64,000 nt of DNA from Bacteroidales bacterium (GCA_963664245.1 OY760934.1:232242-296241), one strand, 5' to 3'. Counted from the first letter of the stretch, positions 18,175-27,187 are shown. Translations and numbers: made by a program. The notes: generated from the sequence alone by a model not told the origin.

Positions 18175-18588
18175 TTACTTCGTCAAATCTTTAAGTTTGT
18201 TATTTTCAATGATTAAATATCTTTCCTCCATTTCAAAGTGAGGATCGGCATTGATAATAATTAAACGGCTATCTTTTTTGTATTCACAACCATTTGAAGT
18301 GTTGAACGAACCGATGAATTTCCCGTCAATTTGATTGAATACTGCATACATCTGGCAAGGTGAACCGCATCCCCATTCAATGATAAAGTAATGATTGGCA
18401 AAGTGCGATTTTTGAAGTTTCCATTGAAGCCTTGCGCATGATAAAACATAGTTCGTTTGAGGTAACCTATCTAATATCAAACTATCAACCTGAATAAACT
18501 TTTTCTTATTGATAATTGGATATTCATCAAAACTAACTGTAGATGATAAAATAATGGATAATATAATTAAAGGGAAAAATATCTTCAT
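18175..18588 (-). CDS. Hypothetical secreted protein
   Basis: N-terminal hydrophobic signal MKIFFPLIILSIILSS. AT-rich, no motif recognised. Confidence 0.45.
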   Translation of the reverse strand: MKIFFPLIILSIILSSTVSFDEYPIINKKKFIQVDSLILDRLPQTNYVLSCARLQWKLQKSHFANHYFIIEWGCGSPCQMYAVFNQIDGKFIGSFNTSNGCEYKKDSRLIIINADPHFEMEERYLIIENNKLKDLTK

Positions 18589-18638
18589 TTTAATTAATTT
18601 GGAATTAAATGTTCAAAAATAGCAATATAATTGTTAGG

Positions 18639-19211
18639 TTACCCCTGAACCTCTCCATTAACCGAATGGATAATTACTTTCCCGAAACCTTGTCCGTAAT
18701 CATTTTTGAAATCGTAAAAGGCCCCAATGACCAGTAGCTCATTTTTTTTGATTTTTTCGCTGTACTTTTCCAGGGCAATTTTTACCTGGTAGTTGATGTT
18801 GTTGTTGATGCAGGTGTTAAGTTCATCGGTAGGGGTGAGGGCCGGAAGAAGTTGGTCGAGCCGGGCTTTGATAGAATCCGGTTCTTTGTTGTAGCCAGCC
18901 CTGAAAGTTTTTATTGCCCCGCAATCGCTATGCCCAAGGATGAGCAGTATCGGGGTTTTGAGGTACAGCACGCCGTAATCGACCGAGGCTTCGTTAGAGA
19001 ATATTTGGTTCCCAATATTGCGAACCGTAAATATTTTGTTAAACGAATTGCCCAGTAAAGCTTCACTTTGAACGCGCGAATCGGAACAGGAAACCAAGGT
19101 GATGAGCGGTTTTTGGCCATGCTGCATCTCTGCCTGGAAATCTTTGCCGGTACGGTTCATAAAGGCATGGTTATTATCTTGAATAAGTTCAAGGATATTT
19201 TGGTGTCTCAT
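18639..19211 (-). CDS. Beta-class carbonic anhydrase
   Basis: Zinc-ligand motifs CSDSRV and GHSDCGA. Confidence 0.8.
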   Translation of the reverse strand: MRHQNILELIQDNNHAFMNRTGKDFQAEMQHGQKPLITLVSCSDSRVQSEALLGNSFNKIFTVRNIGNQIFSNEASVDYGVLYLKTPILLILGHSDCGAIKTFRAGYNKEPDSIKARLDQLLPALTPTDELNTCINNNINYQVKIALEKYSEKIKKNELLVIGAFYDFKNDYGQGFGKVIIHSVNGEVQG

Positions 19212-19358
19212 GGTTAGTAAGAATTAATACGCTCAAATATAAGGAATTCTGGGAGAATGAAATGCGTAATTATTCTAAAAAATTGGTGTAAAAAATTCCT
19301 CTAACATTTGATGTTCTTTTCAGTAGAAGCTTTGCAGGATTTCTTAGTTGCGTCTATA

Positions 19359-21029
19359 CTACGAACGTTTAATCGTTGTGTTTGGTTCTGTGTGTTCTAT
19401 TATTTCGCATGCTTTTTTTGTTGCAATCTTAAAGTTATCGAAGATTAAATCAACGGGAATTAATTTGTTTAAATGATATTTTATTAATTCTTCTTTAATC
19501 TCAGAGTTCACGCCTGATAATAAAATCGTTATGTTTTTATTTCGTAATATTTTTACGGCATCCTTTAAATTATGCAATCCGGTTTGATCAATAAATGAAA
19601 CATGCCGCATCCGTATAATCAAGACTTTGCATGTTAATCCGATTTCCTCAATTGCTTCGGAATACCTTCTGGCGGAAGCGAAGAATAAGGGGCCGCTAAT
19701 CTCATAAATTTTGACCATATCTGGTAGGTCGGAATAATTTTCTATCAGGTCGTTATCTACAATACAATCAATTCTTTTCTCGCTAATATCAGACATTCTT
19801 TTCATGAAGAGTACTGCTGATAAGAGTACGCCGATTTCGATGGCTAAGGTTAAATCAAAGAACACTGTTATAAAAAATGTTGTGAGCAAAATAAGTACGT
19901 CAAAGTACGAACCTTTCAGAATAGACACGAAAGACCGCCACCCACTCATATTATAAGCGACAATGATTAAAATTCCGGCCAGGCAAGACATGGGGATCAG
20001 TTTTGCCCAGCGTCCGAGAAACAGCATTATCAGGAGCAATGTGATTGCGTGTACCATGCCCGATATTGGAGTCCTTCCCCCGTTTTTAACATTTGTTGCT
20101 GTACGTGCAATTGCGCCTGTAGCAGGAATTCCTCCAAAAAAAGGAGTGATAATATTTGCAATTCCCTGTGCAATCAGCTCTGTATTTGAACGATGTTTCC
20201 CGCTAATCATCCCGTCGGCTACAACTGCAGAAAGTAAAGATTCAATTCCTCCCAGCAAAGCAATGGTAATTGCCGGTGCAAAATAGTTTTGTAATTCATT
20301 AAGTTTTACGCTAGGGAAAACAAAACTAAAATTATTGGGGATCGAACCAAAGAATGTTTCGACCGTCGCAACATCAAGTTTGAAAATATAAACCACCAGT
20401 GTTATCGCCACAATAGCTAAAAAAGAGCCCGGGATTTTAGACGTGATCTTTTTTGAAAAAACGGTGATTAAAATGGTAACCATGGTTATGGCAAAAGCGA
20501 TCCAGTTTATGTGATTGATATTTGAAAAATAAATCATCCATTTCTCATAAAATCCGGAAGGGATTTTGCTTATGGGTAAGCCCAAAGCATCTTTTATTTG
20601 TGTTGAAAAAATTACGAGGGCAATACCACTTGTGAAACCAACGACCAATGAATGGGGAAAAAACTTTAATAATGTTCCCAGTTTGAATAATCCAAAAACA
20701 ATTAGTATAAGGCCGGCAAGTATGGTTGAAATTATTAGTCCGTCAATGCCATAGTGTTCAACAATACCATATACAATTACAATAAAGGCACCTGTTGGCC
20801 CTCCAATTTGTACACGGCTCCCTCCCAAAAACGAAATCAAAAAGCCTGCAACTATTGCGGTTATCAATCCTTTTTCGGGCGATACCCCTGATGCAACTGC
20901 AAACGCAATTGCCAATGGCAAAGCTACAATTCCGACAACAATACCTGATAAAACGTCATTTGTTACCTGCTTTTTATCCAAGCCTGTTTTGAGAAGGCTG
21001 AAAAATTTTGGCCTGAAAATACTATTCAT
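19359..21029 (-). CDS. SulP-family anion transporter with C-terminal STAS domain
   Basis: 556 aa with a typical SulP N-terminus (LSGIVVGIVALPLAIAFA) and a C-terminal STAS-like domain. Confidence 0.9.
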   Translation of the reverse strand: MNSIFRPKFFSLLKTGLDKKQVTNDVLSGIVVGIVALPLAIAFAVASGVSPEKGLITAIVAGFLISFLGGSRVQIGGPTGAFIVIVYGIVEHYGIDGLIISTILAGLILIVFGLFKLGTLLKFFPHSLVVGFTSGIALVIFSTQIKDALGLPISKIPSGFYEKWMIYFSNINHINWIAFAITMVTILITVFSKKITSKIPGSFLAIVAITLVVYIFKLDVATVETFFGSIPNNFSFVFPSVKLNELQNYFAPAITIALLGGIESLLSAVVADGMISGKHRSNTELIAQGIANIITPFFGGIPATGAIARTATNVKNGGRTPISGMVHAITLLLIMLFLGRWAKLIPMSCLAGILIIVAYNMSGWRSFVSILKGSYFDVLILLTTFFITVFFDLTLAIEIGVLLSAVLFMKRMSDISEKRIDCIVDNDLIENYSDLPDMVKIYEISGPLFFASARRYSEAIEEIGLTCKVLIIRMRHVSFIDQTGLHNLKDAVKILRNKNITILLSGVNSEIKEELIKYHLNKLIPVDLIFDNFKIATKKACEIIEHTEPNTTIKRS

Positions 21030-21050
21030 TGTTCAGTAATAAAAAAGTGC

Positions 21051-21058
21051 AAATGTAA
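21051..21058 (-). promoter_or_regulatory. Candidate -7 promoter box for the sulP operon
   Basis: The minus strand reads TACATTTG (TAnnTTTG), 22 nt upstream of the ATG at 21029. Confidence 0.45.
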
Positions 21059-21163
21059 ATCTAAAATCCGCTCGTTATTCGCTGGAGGGTTGTTTTTTTG
21101 TTCCTAAAATCGTGTTTATTTTGGCTTCGGTCGTTTTTGGAGCGACAGGATGTTATGCAGCAA

Positions 21164-21324
21164 GGGGGCAAAAAGTCAGCTTTAGCTGAATGTGATTCAA
21201 CGGATGGCGGTATGAAATCGTTGGGGATTGCGTGCGATTTACTATCAAGGTACATGGAAAGTTGAAGCGGGCTAAAAACCTTCGCATACCATGAAACCCT
21301 TATTGGCTATATTGTGTGTTGGCA
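21164..21324. repeat. Conserved 3' cassette-flank element, copy B (intact)
   Basis: Blocks GGGGGCAAAAA, GTCAGCTTTAGCTGAATGTGATTCAACG (21175-21202), GGTATG, TCGTTGGGGATT, GCTAAAAACC, CGCATACCAT and TGTGTTGGC occur in the same order as in copy A. Confidence 0.6.
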
Positions 21325-21332
21325 TTAGTACT
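21301..21332. repeat. Cassette-2 inverted repeat, 3' arm
   Basis: TATTGGCT-N9-GTTGGCATTAGTACT, ending 3 nt before the stop codon (21336-21338). Confidence 0.6.
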
Positions 21333-21335
21333 TTT

Positions 21336-22160
21336 TTAATCAAATCTATATAAAAACGTCCGATAAACTTCCCCTTTATGGTTTAAAGTCACTTCTTTAA
21401 TCAATCTACCCAGTGAGTCATAATCGTACATTATTGTATTGTTTTTAACACTAAAAGATAAGTTTTCAGTCAAAGGGTATTCGTTACTTTCAATTGATTC
21501 TTTGATTAATCGTCCATTCTCGTTATAAACAAATTTTTTCTCCTCTTTTAGTTTACCACGAATCCGAGTAATGTTTTTTAATTTTCCTGTATCATCATAG
21601 GAGTATTTTCCAATCCAGGTAGTGTCGCCGTTTTCAATATCAAATTCTTTGTTAATCAGTTCGTCATTATATAAATAAGCTCTCCAAATCTCATACTTGT
21701 CACCTTGCATATTTGAACCTCTATCAATTAATTCTTTGAATATCTTACCGCTCTCATTATAGAATTTAATCTGTTCAAATTTAACTGTATCCAAATCGAC
21801 TGCTGTTACTAAAGTCCTGTATATTCCAATCAGGTTTTTATTGTCATTATAAATCATTAAATCTCTCCACCCAATCTCACAATTATACATACGACAGTTA
21901 TACTTTTCAATTAAATTACCTACCGAATCATAGAAATATTTTATCCTGTATTCATGACCAATCTGTTCGATAAGTTGTCCCGATATATTAAAGAATTTAT
22001 AATTAATAGCATTTTCAGGAGTCATGTTGCTACCAGAATACTTTATTTCTCTTATATCGTAATCTATTTGTTCACTAAAATCTGGAACATACAGAACTTG
22101 TCTCGAACAACTAAATTGTATCAGAATCAAGATTGCTAATATTCTTTGCAGTGTGCTCAT
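21336..22160 (-). CDS. Lipoprotein with short YD/RHS-like repeats
   Basis: Signal MSTLQRILAILILIQFSCS from the ATG at 22160; the track start at 22190 is a TTG. Repeats YDSVGNLIEKY, YDDTGKLKNI, YNENGRLIKES, YDSLGRLIKEV. AT-rich. Confidence 0.55.
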   Translation of the reverse strand: MSTLQRILAILILIQFSCSRQVLYVPDFSEQIDYDIREIKYSGSNMTPENAINYKFFNISGQLIEQIGHEYRIKYFYDSVGNLIEKYNCRMYNCEIGWRDLMIYNDNKNLIGIYRTLVTAVDLDTVKFEQIKFYNESGKIFKELIDRGSNMQGDKYEIWRAYLYNDELINKEFDIENGDTTWIGKYSYDDTGKLKNITRIRGKLKEEKKFVYNENGRLIKESIESNEYPLTENLSFSVKNNTIMYDYDSLGRLIKEVTLNHKGEVYRTFLYRFD

Positions 22161-22192
22161 AGTATTAATACCAACGTATGTACAAACCAATA
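22161..22192. repeat. Cassette-2 inverted repeat, 5' arm
   Basis: The rc reads TATTGGTT-N9-GTTGGTATTAATACT and directly abuts the ATG. The inner 15-mer is 13/15 identical and the outer 8-mer 7/8 identical to the 3' arm. Confidence 0.6.
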
Positions 22193-22310
22193 TGTGTTAT
22201 TTTTCTTATGTCTTTTCAATATCATTATTTATTCCGCAGCTTTGTACGAGAACAAGTCTTAATGCCGGGGGAGAAGCATTATTTCAAATATAAAAAATAA
22301 ACCATTATGA
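22171..22310 (-). promoter_or_regulatory. Promoter + 5' leader module L2
   Basis: On the minus strand there is a -7 box TATATTTG (22285-22292). The hairpin is AATGC-TTCTCCCCCG-GCATT (22261-22280). The proximal 50 nt are homologous to L1. Confidence 0.55.
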
Positions 22311-22332
22311 ATTTAATATCCATAGTTGGTTT
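22299..22332 (-). terminator. Candidate intrinsic terminator of the upstream three-gene operon
   Basis: The minus strand reads AAACCAACTATG-gatattaaatt-CATAATGGTTT followed by ATTTTTT. The stem is 6+4 bp with a small internal loop. The first arm overlaps the stop codon. Confidence 0.45.
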
Positions 22333-23173
22333 ATTTTTCCTCCATATTTATTAATTTAAAAACTAATGTTTCGTTTTCATAATTACGGTATTCCATTTTA
22401 ACAAAACCGTATTCTTTATTGAAAAACATCGTTAGCTTTGAGTTTCCTAAAGAACATGTAGAAACACTTTTAATAATCCAACAGTCAATTTTTAAATTTC
22501 CTAGCAGGTAAGTTGTCTGACCGGATACTTTGTATTTGTATTTTATCGTTTCTCCATCCCATTCTCCCCAGCCGTCATTAATATTTAACGAACCGTCCCA
22601 TTTTTTACCTTTTTTTATGGGGAAAGAAACTTTCGGGAAAGGAGCGACCTCTGTAAATTTGTATTGGTTGTTCCGGATGGGGTGCATCCATACCTGTTCC
22701 ACATTCTCAATAACACCTTCCCCTGTTTTTTCTTCCCATAATTGAAGTTCTTTATTTATTTTGTGATTTCTTAATTTTATAGAATCGGCTTTATAATCTG
22801 GGAATTCATAATAGATTAAATCTTGTTTCTCCGGTTGCCATTCCCACCTTTTTCCGGTTGTTTTCATATATACAAAGCCATTGGACAGCGTATCTTTATT
22901 TGAAGCCAAATAAATTGCTTTGTAGCGATAAGTTTTCCCCTTTTTAAAGATTGTTCTTACTTTAGGAATTCTTCGTTCCGTAAATTCTAAACTGTCAAAA
23001 TTAGTGTTAGAATCAATGCCATTCTCCGGAATTTTGTACCTTCTTTCAATGTCATACAAGGTATCCGTTTTGGTATTTATAGTTTCAATGGTGGTGGAGT
23101 TTTGAGTGTAGGCATTACTTTGAATACCAATTAGTGCAATTATGGTGATAATAAAAATCTGTTTGTATTTCAT
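22331..23173 (-). CDS. Hypothetical secreted protein
   Basis: Signal peptide MKYKQIFIITIIALIGIQSNAYTQ from the ATG at 23173. An alternative ATG at 23206 directly abuts the upstream stop. No motif recognised. Confidence 0.5.
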   Translation of the reverse strand: MKYKQIFIITIIALIGIQSNAYTQNSTTIETINTKTDTLYDIERRYKIPENGIDSNTNFDSLEFTERRIPKVRTIFKKGKTYRYKAIYLASNKDTLSNGFVYMKTTGKRWEWQPEKQDLIYYEFPDYKADSIKLRNHKINKELQLWEEKTGEGVIENVEQVWMHPIRNNQYKFTEVAPFPKVSFPIKKGKKWDGSLNINDGWGEWDGETIKYKYKVSGQTTYLLGNLKIDCWIIKSVSTCSLGNSKLTMFFNKEYGFVKMEYRNYENETLVFKLINMEEK

Positions 23174-23206
23174 GTCTTTTAGTTTATATGTAGACCAATG
23201 TGGCAT

Positions 23207-25228
23207 TTATAATACTTTTATAAGTAAACGAAAATTCTTGACTTCCTGCACCAAGTTGTTCAGTTCTTTTAATTGTACATATTCCTCTTTATCAATGAAG
23301 TCTTTTGTAATTATATAACTTGATTGTATTACAAGTTCATCGTTTGATGAACCTAAGCTTATCTGAAAAAAATATTCTCCTACATCGTTTTTAATACTCC
23401 TGTTAAAATCTTCAAGATTTAACACCTTAATATCACGTGGGAATTTCAGGTTAAATGTACTTACATCGCTATAGCTATAATCCAAATAATAATTCAAGTC
23501 AATAGAATCTTTTTCGCTTTCAATTTTGCTGTTTCGTATTAATTTATCCAGGGTAATACTAATCATATTATCACTTATAAATGTGACTGAATTTTTGATT
23601 GTGCCTTTTGCATTGAAATTGTATAAAAAAGGAGCTGTGTTTTTAAAAGTAATATTCGTAATGGTGTCAATTTCTAAAGCAGTTTTATCATCTTCAAATT
23701 TGGCAAATGCACTATAATAATCATTCATTTCCTGGTTTTTATCAAGCATACTAAAGAACCTTCTTAAATCCGTTGATAATCCGCCGGAAATCCTTAAGCT
23801 TGAATTAAAAGTGGTGTTTTTGTTTTCAATATCTACATCACAATAGATATACTGATTCAGATAATTTAAATTGGCATTCATCCCCGGCAAGGTGATTAAA
23901 TTAATTTGAACAGAATCTGCTTCTGCCACTTCTAAGTCATAATTAATGTACTTGTCTTTTGCCTTAATTTTACCCTCTAAAAACGGTTGTGCGATAACGG
24001 CTTTTGTATTATAAAGTGATGTTGGGATTTCATTAATCTGATATTTGTAATTTACATCGTGTGGGTACAAAAAGCTAAGAAATCCCTTGCCATTTTCATA
24101 TGCAAAAAATATGTGATCAAATTCCCCTTTTCTGATATAGCCCGGGTCAATCTCTCCCGATCGTTTACTACGGGCAAATACGGCCCAATATTTAATGTTT
24201 AAGTCCTCTAACAATTGACGGTATAAGCGTCGGATACTTATAGGATCAAAACGCTGTTCTTTTAAAAAGTATCCAGTGGATTTTATAAATTCTTCTTCTT
24301 TCGGTTCTTCTATTGCGAAATTTTTAAGAATGTCGTTATGTAGAAGCTCGAATTTGTAATATTTGCTACTGTCTTTTTCGTCATCAATAATTCTTTTTTT
24401 CCAGCGACGGTAGTACGATTTTTTTTCATAGTCTAGTGATAAAGGTTGGGTCATGTAATTAAATTCCTGGTTGTAAACATCTTTCCAGTTTCTAATATCA
24501 TCGTCCTTATTGTTAACCGAATAAAAGATATAGGGTAATTCGCAGGGCAAACAGGTGTAGTTGTTTCCTTCCAAAGCTTTAACCTCTTTCATTTTAAATA
24601 CACAATAAATTAGGGTGTCATTTACCAATACCTGAGGTTTAGGAAATCCATTGTACTCTTTATACATAATGACCAGATTGGGAGGAGTTTGAATGGTGTA
24701 TTCGGTATTTAAACTGGGAATGGCATTGAATAGGTTTACAAAATCCCCTAGTTCATAAAGTTTTAACTTATGGGTATACGTATACTTAATTTCAATCGTA
24801 TCTCCTGCTTCAACCCCGGGAATCGGAAAATTTATCAGATCTGTTTGTTCTTCTTTTTTTTGGCGATTTAAAATAAGGCTTGAATCTAATTTTACGATGC
24901 TTCCGTCTGACTTTAATGTTTTAATAGTTATAGTACTTAAATCATCTATGGTTGATTTACTTAGACTTAGAAATGCAAACTTGTCAACCCCGGATTTATT
25001 ATTAATTACAATTTTATTTTGGAAAGAAACATGTCTTCTGTAATTCCTCCATGATTTACTGTAAGCAACATCTGTATATGAATATAACATGTAAGCATCA
25101 GCGTTTTTACACACTTCGCTAAATGGTTGTTTAGGAATACTGTCATTGGCAAAAACACCGATGCAAATAAAGCTTAGACAAAAGAGAAGGTGCTGTTTAA
25201 ATTTTGTTTTCGAGAATAATGGGCTCAT
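23207..25228 (-). CDS. Large secreted protein of unknown function (possibly a DUF3857/DUF3858-type partner of the adjacent transglutaminase-like protein)
   Basis: Signal peptide ...HLLFCLSFICIGVFA; 673 aa; AT-rich. The family guess comes only from the typical Bacteroidota gene pairing. Confidence 0.45.
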   Translation of the reverse strand: MSPLFSKTKFKQHLLFCLSFICIGVFANDSIPKQPFSEVCKNADAYMLYSYTDVAYSKSWRNYRRHVSFQNKIVINNKSGVDKFAFLSLSKSTIDDLSTITIKTLKSDGSIVKLDSSLILNRQKKEEQTDLINFPIPGVEAGDTIEIKYTYTHKLKLYELGDFVNLFNAIPSLNTEYTIQTPPNLVIMYKEYNGFPKPQVLVNDTLIYCVFKMKEVKALEGNNYTCLPCELPYIFYSVNNKDDDIRNWKDVYNQEFNYMTQPLSLDYEKKSYYRRWKKRIIDDEKDSSKYYKFELLHNDILKNFAIEEPKEEEFIKSTGYFLKEQRFDPISIRRLYRQLLEDLNIKYWAVFARSKRSGEIDPGYIRKGEFDHIFFAYENGKGFLSFLYPHDVNYKYQINEIPTSLYNTKAVIAQPFLEGKIKAKDKYINYDLEVAEADSVQINLITLPGMNANLNYLNQYIYCDVDIENKNTTFNSSLRISGGLSTDLRRFFSMLDKNQEMNDYYSAFAKFEDDKTALEIDTITNITFKNTAPFLYNFNAKGTIKNSVTFISDNMISITLDKLIRNSKIESEKDSIDLNYYLDYSYSDVSTFNLKFPRDIKVLNLEDFNRSIKNDVGEYFFQISLGSSNDELVIQSSYIITKDFIDKEEYVQLKELNNLVQEVKNFRLLIKVL

Positions 25229-27023
25229 TGATTATTTTTTTGTACGATTTCAGTATTTCGTTTATTGTATTAAGGTTTTCTTTTTTAATGAAGATGTAAT
25301 CAAGAATAAACTCGTAGTTACATTCTATTATAGAATCAGCCGGGTTGCTTATCTTCAGGTCAAGGGAAACACCTTTATCTGAGAATGAATGTTCAATCTG
25401 CTTAAATGCGTTAAAAGGTTCCTGCATTTTAATTGTCAGCTTAACTTTTTTATCGATTGTGCTACCCAGGTGTGTTCCTTCAAGCAGGGTTTCCCTGTTT
25501 TCTGTATCTATTAAACGGGGTAAAAAGTCGATGAATAAATATCGGCTATCATTATCTTTAAATATTTTCAGATCGACAGATAGCTTGCCTTCAATATTAA
25601 CCGTGTCAGAATGGCTGTTAACCGTGAGCGCTGTTACCGATTGGTTGTTAAATATCAATTCATAATACTTTTTTCCGATACATTCTCTTTCATCTTCTTT
25701 GCTGCCATAAAACATCCATTTTAAAAAGTTTCCGGAAATGCCAGTGTAAATAGCTTTAAATTTCCCTTGTAACGATTTGCCAGAATCTGTATTTAACTCA
25801 ACTTCGTAGTTGATTATATTGTCTTGAGGTGCAAATCTGTTTAATTTATAATATTCCCCGCCATCGGGATTGAGAATTAGGATTGTTTTTTCCTGAATGC
25901 TTTGAACAGGGGTTCCCGGTATATGAATCGGATCCGTTGGATCCAGCACAATAGGTTTGTTATTTAAATATGCCACGCATACAATATGATTAGCCGAACA
26001 TAAGGCCGGGAAATCGCAATCGCAAATATGGTGAAACGTAGCTGCTAGTGCAATATGGCTTTTAATTCCTTTGTAATTTAAGGCTTCGCAAAGGAAATTT
26101 GATAAGTCTTTACAATCACCATGTTTGTTTTTAAAAACTTCATTTACATGCGATGGAATAAATGCGCCTATGCCTATCTCAATGGCGACATATTTAAAAT
26201 TTGTTCTTACATAATTATAAAGGGTGTTTGCGATTTCGGTTGAGTCGGTTATGCCATTTGTTATTTCGTTAATTTTATTTATAGCTAATGAATCTAGGCC
26301 TCTTACAGTCTCTACTTTACGGAGAAACCAGTTGTTTAAATATTCGGTTTTATTTTCACCCGAAGCCGTTGGAATAACCGTTGTTCTTATTAGTGGAGCC
26401 CTTATGTCTCTATAAATGCCAAAGTACATCATAAAGTCAGGTTCTACTTTAACCGGAACTGCTTTAAAACGAAACTGCATTTGATTGTTAAATTTAGAAG
26501 AATCAATAAGCAGATATTTCAAAGAATCTATATATAATGTATTGTAAAAAAAATGGTGTGTTTCAGGTATTGTAATCTGGTAATCTAGGGTGTCAGCATT
26601 ATCATAGTTGAATAGGGGTAAATCACAGAAATATCTTAATTCTTTACATGAAACTCTATAGGTGATTTTTGCTTCAGTTTCAGCAGGAATGATAATGGAC
26701 TTTACTCTTTTACTGGAAATTAATTCAGAGTTGAAATCTTCATTGTGAATAATTGGGTCTTCCAGGATTTTAAACCGCTTTCCTTTTTTAATATATACCT
26801 TAATGCCAGATATTCTTTCTAACTCATAATCATAGAAAATAGGAAAAATACTTTCTTCAGAACTTTGTTTGATGAGTACACTAATATTTCTATTGAATAC
26901 AGTGTCGTTTACTATTTCAATATGTTCAGTTTTTGTACTGATGTTTAAATCCCGGGCTAATCCCGGAATGTGAATTGAAAATAATAAAACTGCCAAGATT
27001 GAATTAATCGTAGAACCTTTCAA
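25197..27023 (-). CDS. Secreted transglutaminase-like (cysteine-protease fold) domain protein
   Basis: The core KHGDCKDLSNFLCEAL carries a catalytic-type Cys. N-terminal signal. The track start is a TTG, so the exact start is uncertain. Confidence 0.6.
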   Translation of the reverse strand: MKGSTINSILAVLLFSIHIPGLARDLNISTKTEHIEIVNDTVFNRNISVLIKQSSEESIFPIFYDYELERISGIKVYIKKGKRFKILEDPIIHNEDFNSELISSKRVKSIIIPAETEAKITYRVSCKELRYFCDLPLFNYDNADTLDYQITIPETHHFFYNTLYIDSLKYLLIDSSKFNNQMQFRFKAVPVKVEPDFMMYFGIYRDIRAPLIRTTVIPTASGENKTEYLNNWFLRKVETVRGLDSLAINKINEITNGITDSTEIANTLYNYVRTNFKYVAIEIGIGAFIPSHVNEVFKNKHGDCKDLSNFLCEALNYKGIKSHIALAATFHHICDCDFPALCSANHIVCVAYLNNKPIVLDPTDPIHIPGTPVQSIQEKTILILNPDGGEYYKLNRFAPQDNIINYEVELNTDSGKSLQGKFKAIYTGISGNFLKWMFYGSKEDERECIGKKYYELIFNNQSVTALTVNSHSDTVNIEGKLSVDLKIFKDNDSRYLFIDFLPRLIDTENRETLLEGTHLGSTIDKKVKLTIKMQEPFNAFKQIEHSFSDKGVSLDLKISNPADSIIECNYEFILDYIFIKKENLNTINEILKSYKKIINEPIILENKI

Positions 27024-27068
27024 ACCTATTAAAAATTAAAACCATTGTTCATAATATAATTATCCCTA

Positions 27069-27110
27069 ATGCCGGGGAGAAGCATCAAGTCAAATATATA
27101 AAATAAATCA
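27069..27110 (-). promoter_or_regulatory. Promoter + leader hairpin module L3
   Basis: On the minus strand there is a -7 box TATATTTG (27091-27098) followed by ATGC-TTCTCCCCG-GCAT (27069-27085). This is the same core as in L1 and L2. Confidence 0.5.
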
Positions 27111-27157
27111 ATGTATAATAGGTTTTAAAAGAGGAATTAGATTCTTTCTGTAAACAA

Positions 27158-27187
27158 AAAAGCTGTCTTCTTTCGAAAACAGCTTTT
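27158..27187 (-). terminator. Intrinsic terminator behind the displaced rho fragment
   Basis: AAAAGCTGT ... ACAGCTTTT forms a 9-bp stem. On the minus strand it is followed by a T-run. Confidence 0.6.

Noticed and set aside
21164-21202. Repeat copy B as the promoter donor for the downstream sulP-carbonic anhydrase operon
   Set aside because: sulP has its own well-placed TAnnTTTG box (21051-21058) outside the repeat. The promoter-like spacing seen in copy B is not preserved in copy A.
21061-21255. 64-aa minus-strand ORF covering the conserved 28-mer of repeat copy B (possible small protein ...ESHSAKADF...)
   Set aside because: In copy A the same frame is preceded by a stop codon, has no start codon, and ends after 17 codons. 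The conservation is therefore at the nucleotide or structure level, not coding.
22259-22279. Conserved mini-ORF ATG CTT CTC CCC (MLLP...) inside the leader hairpin of L1, L2 and L3, as a possible leader peptide
   Set aside because: A 1-nt length difference in the C-run shifts the frame. The three peptides share only MLLP and then differ in sequence and length: MLLPRH, MLLPSIWVDNF, and 18 aa in L3. This pattern fits an RNA or DNA motif better than a peptide.
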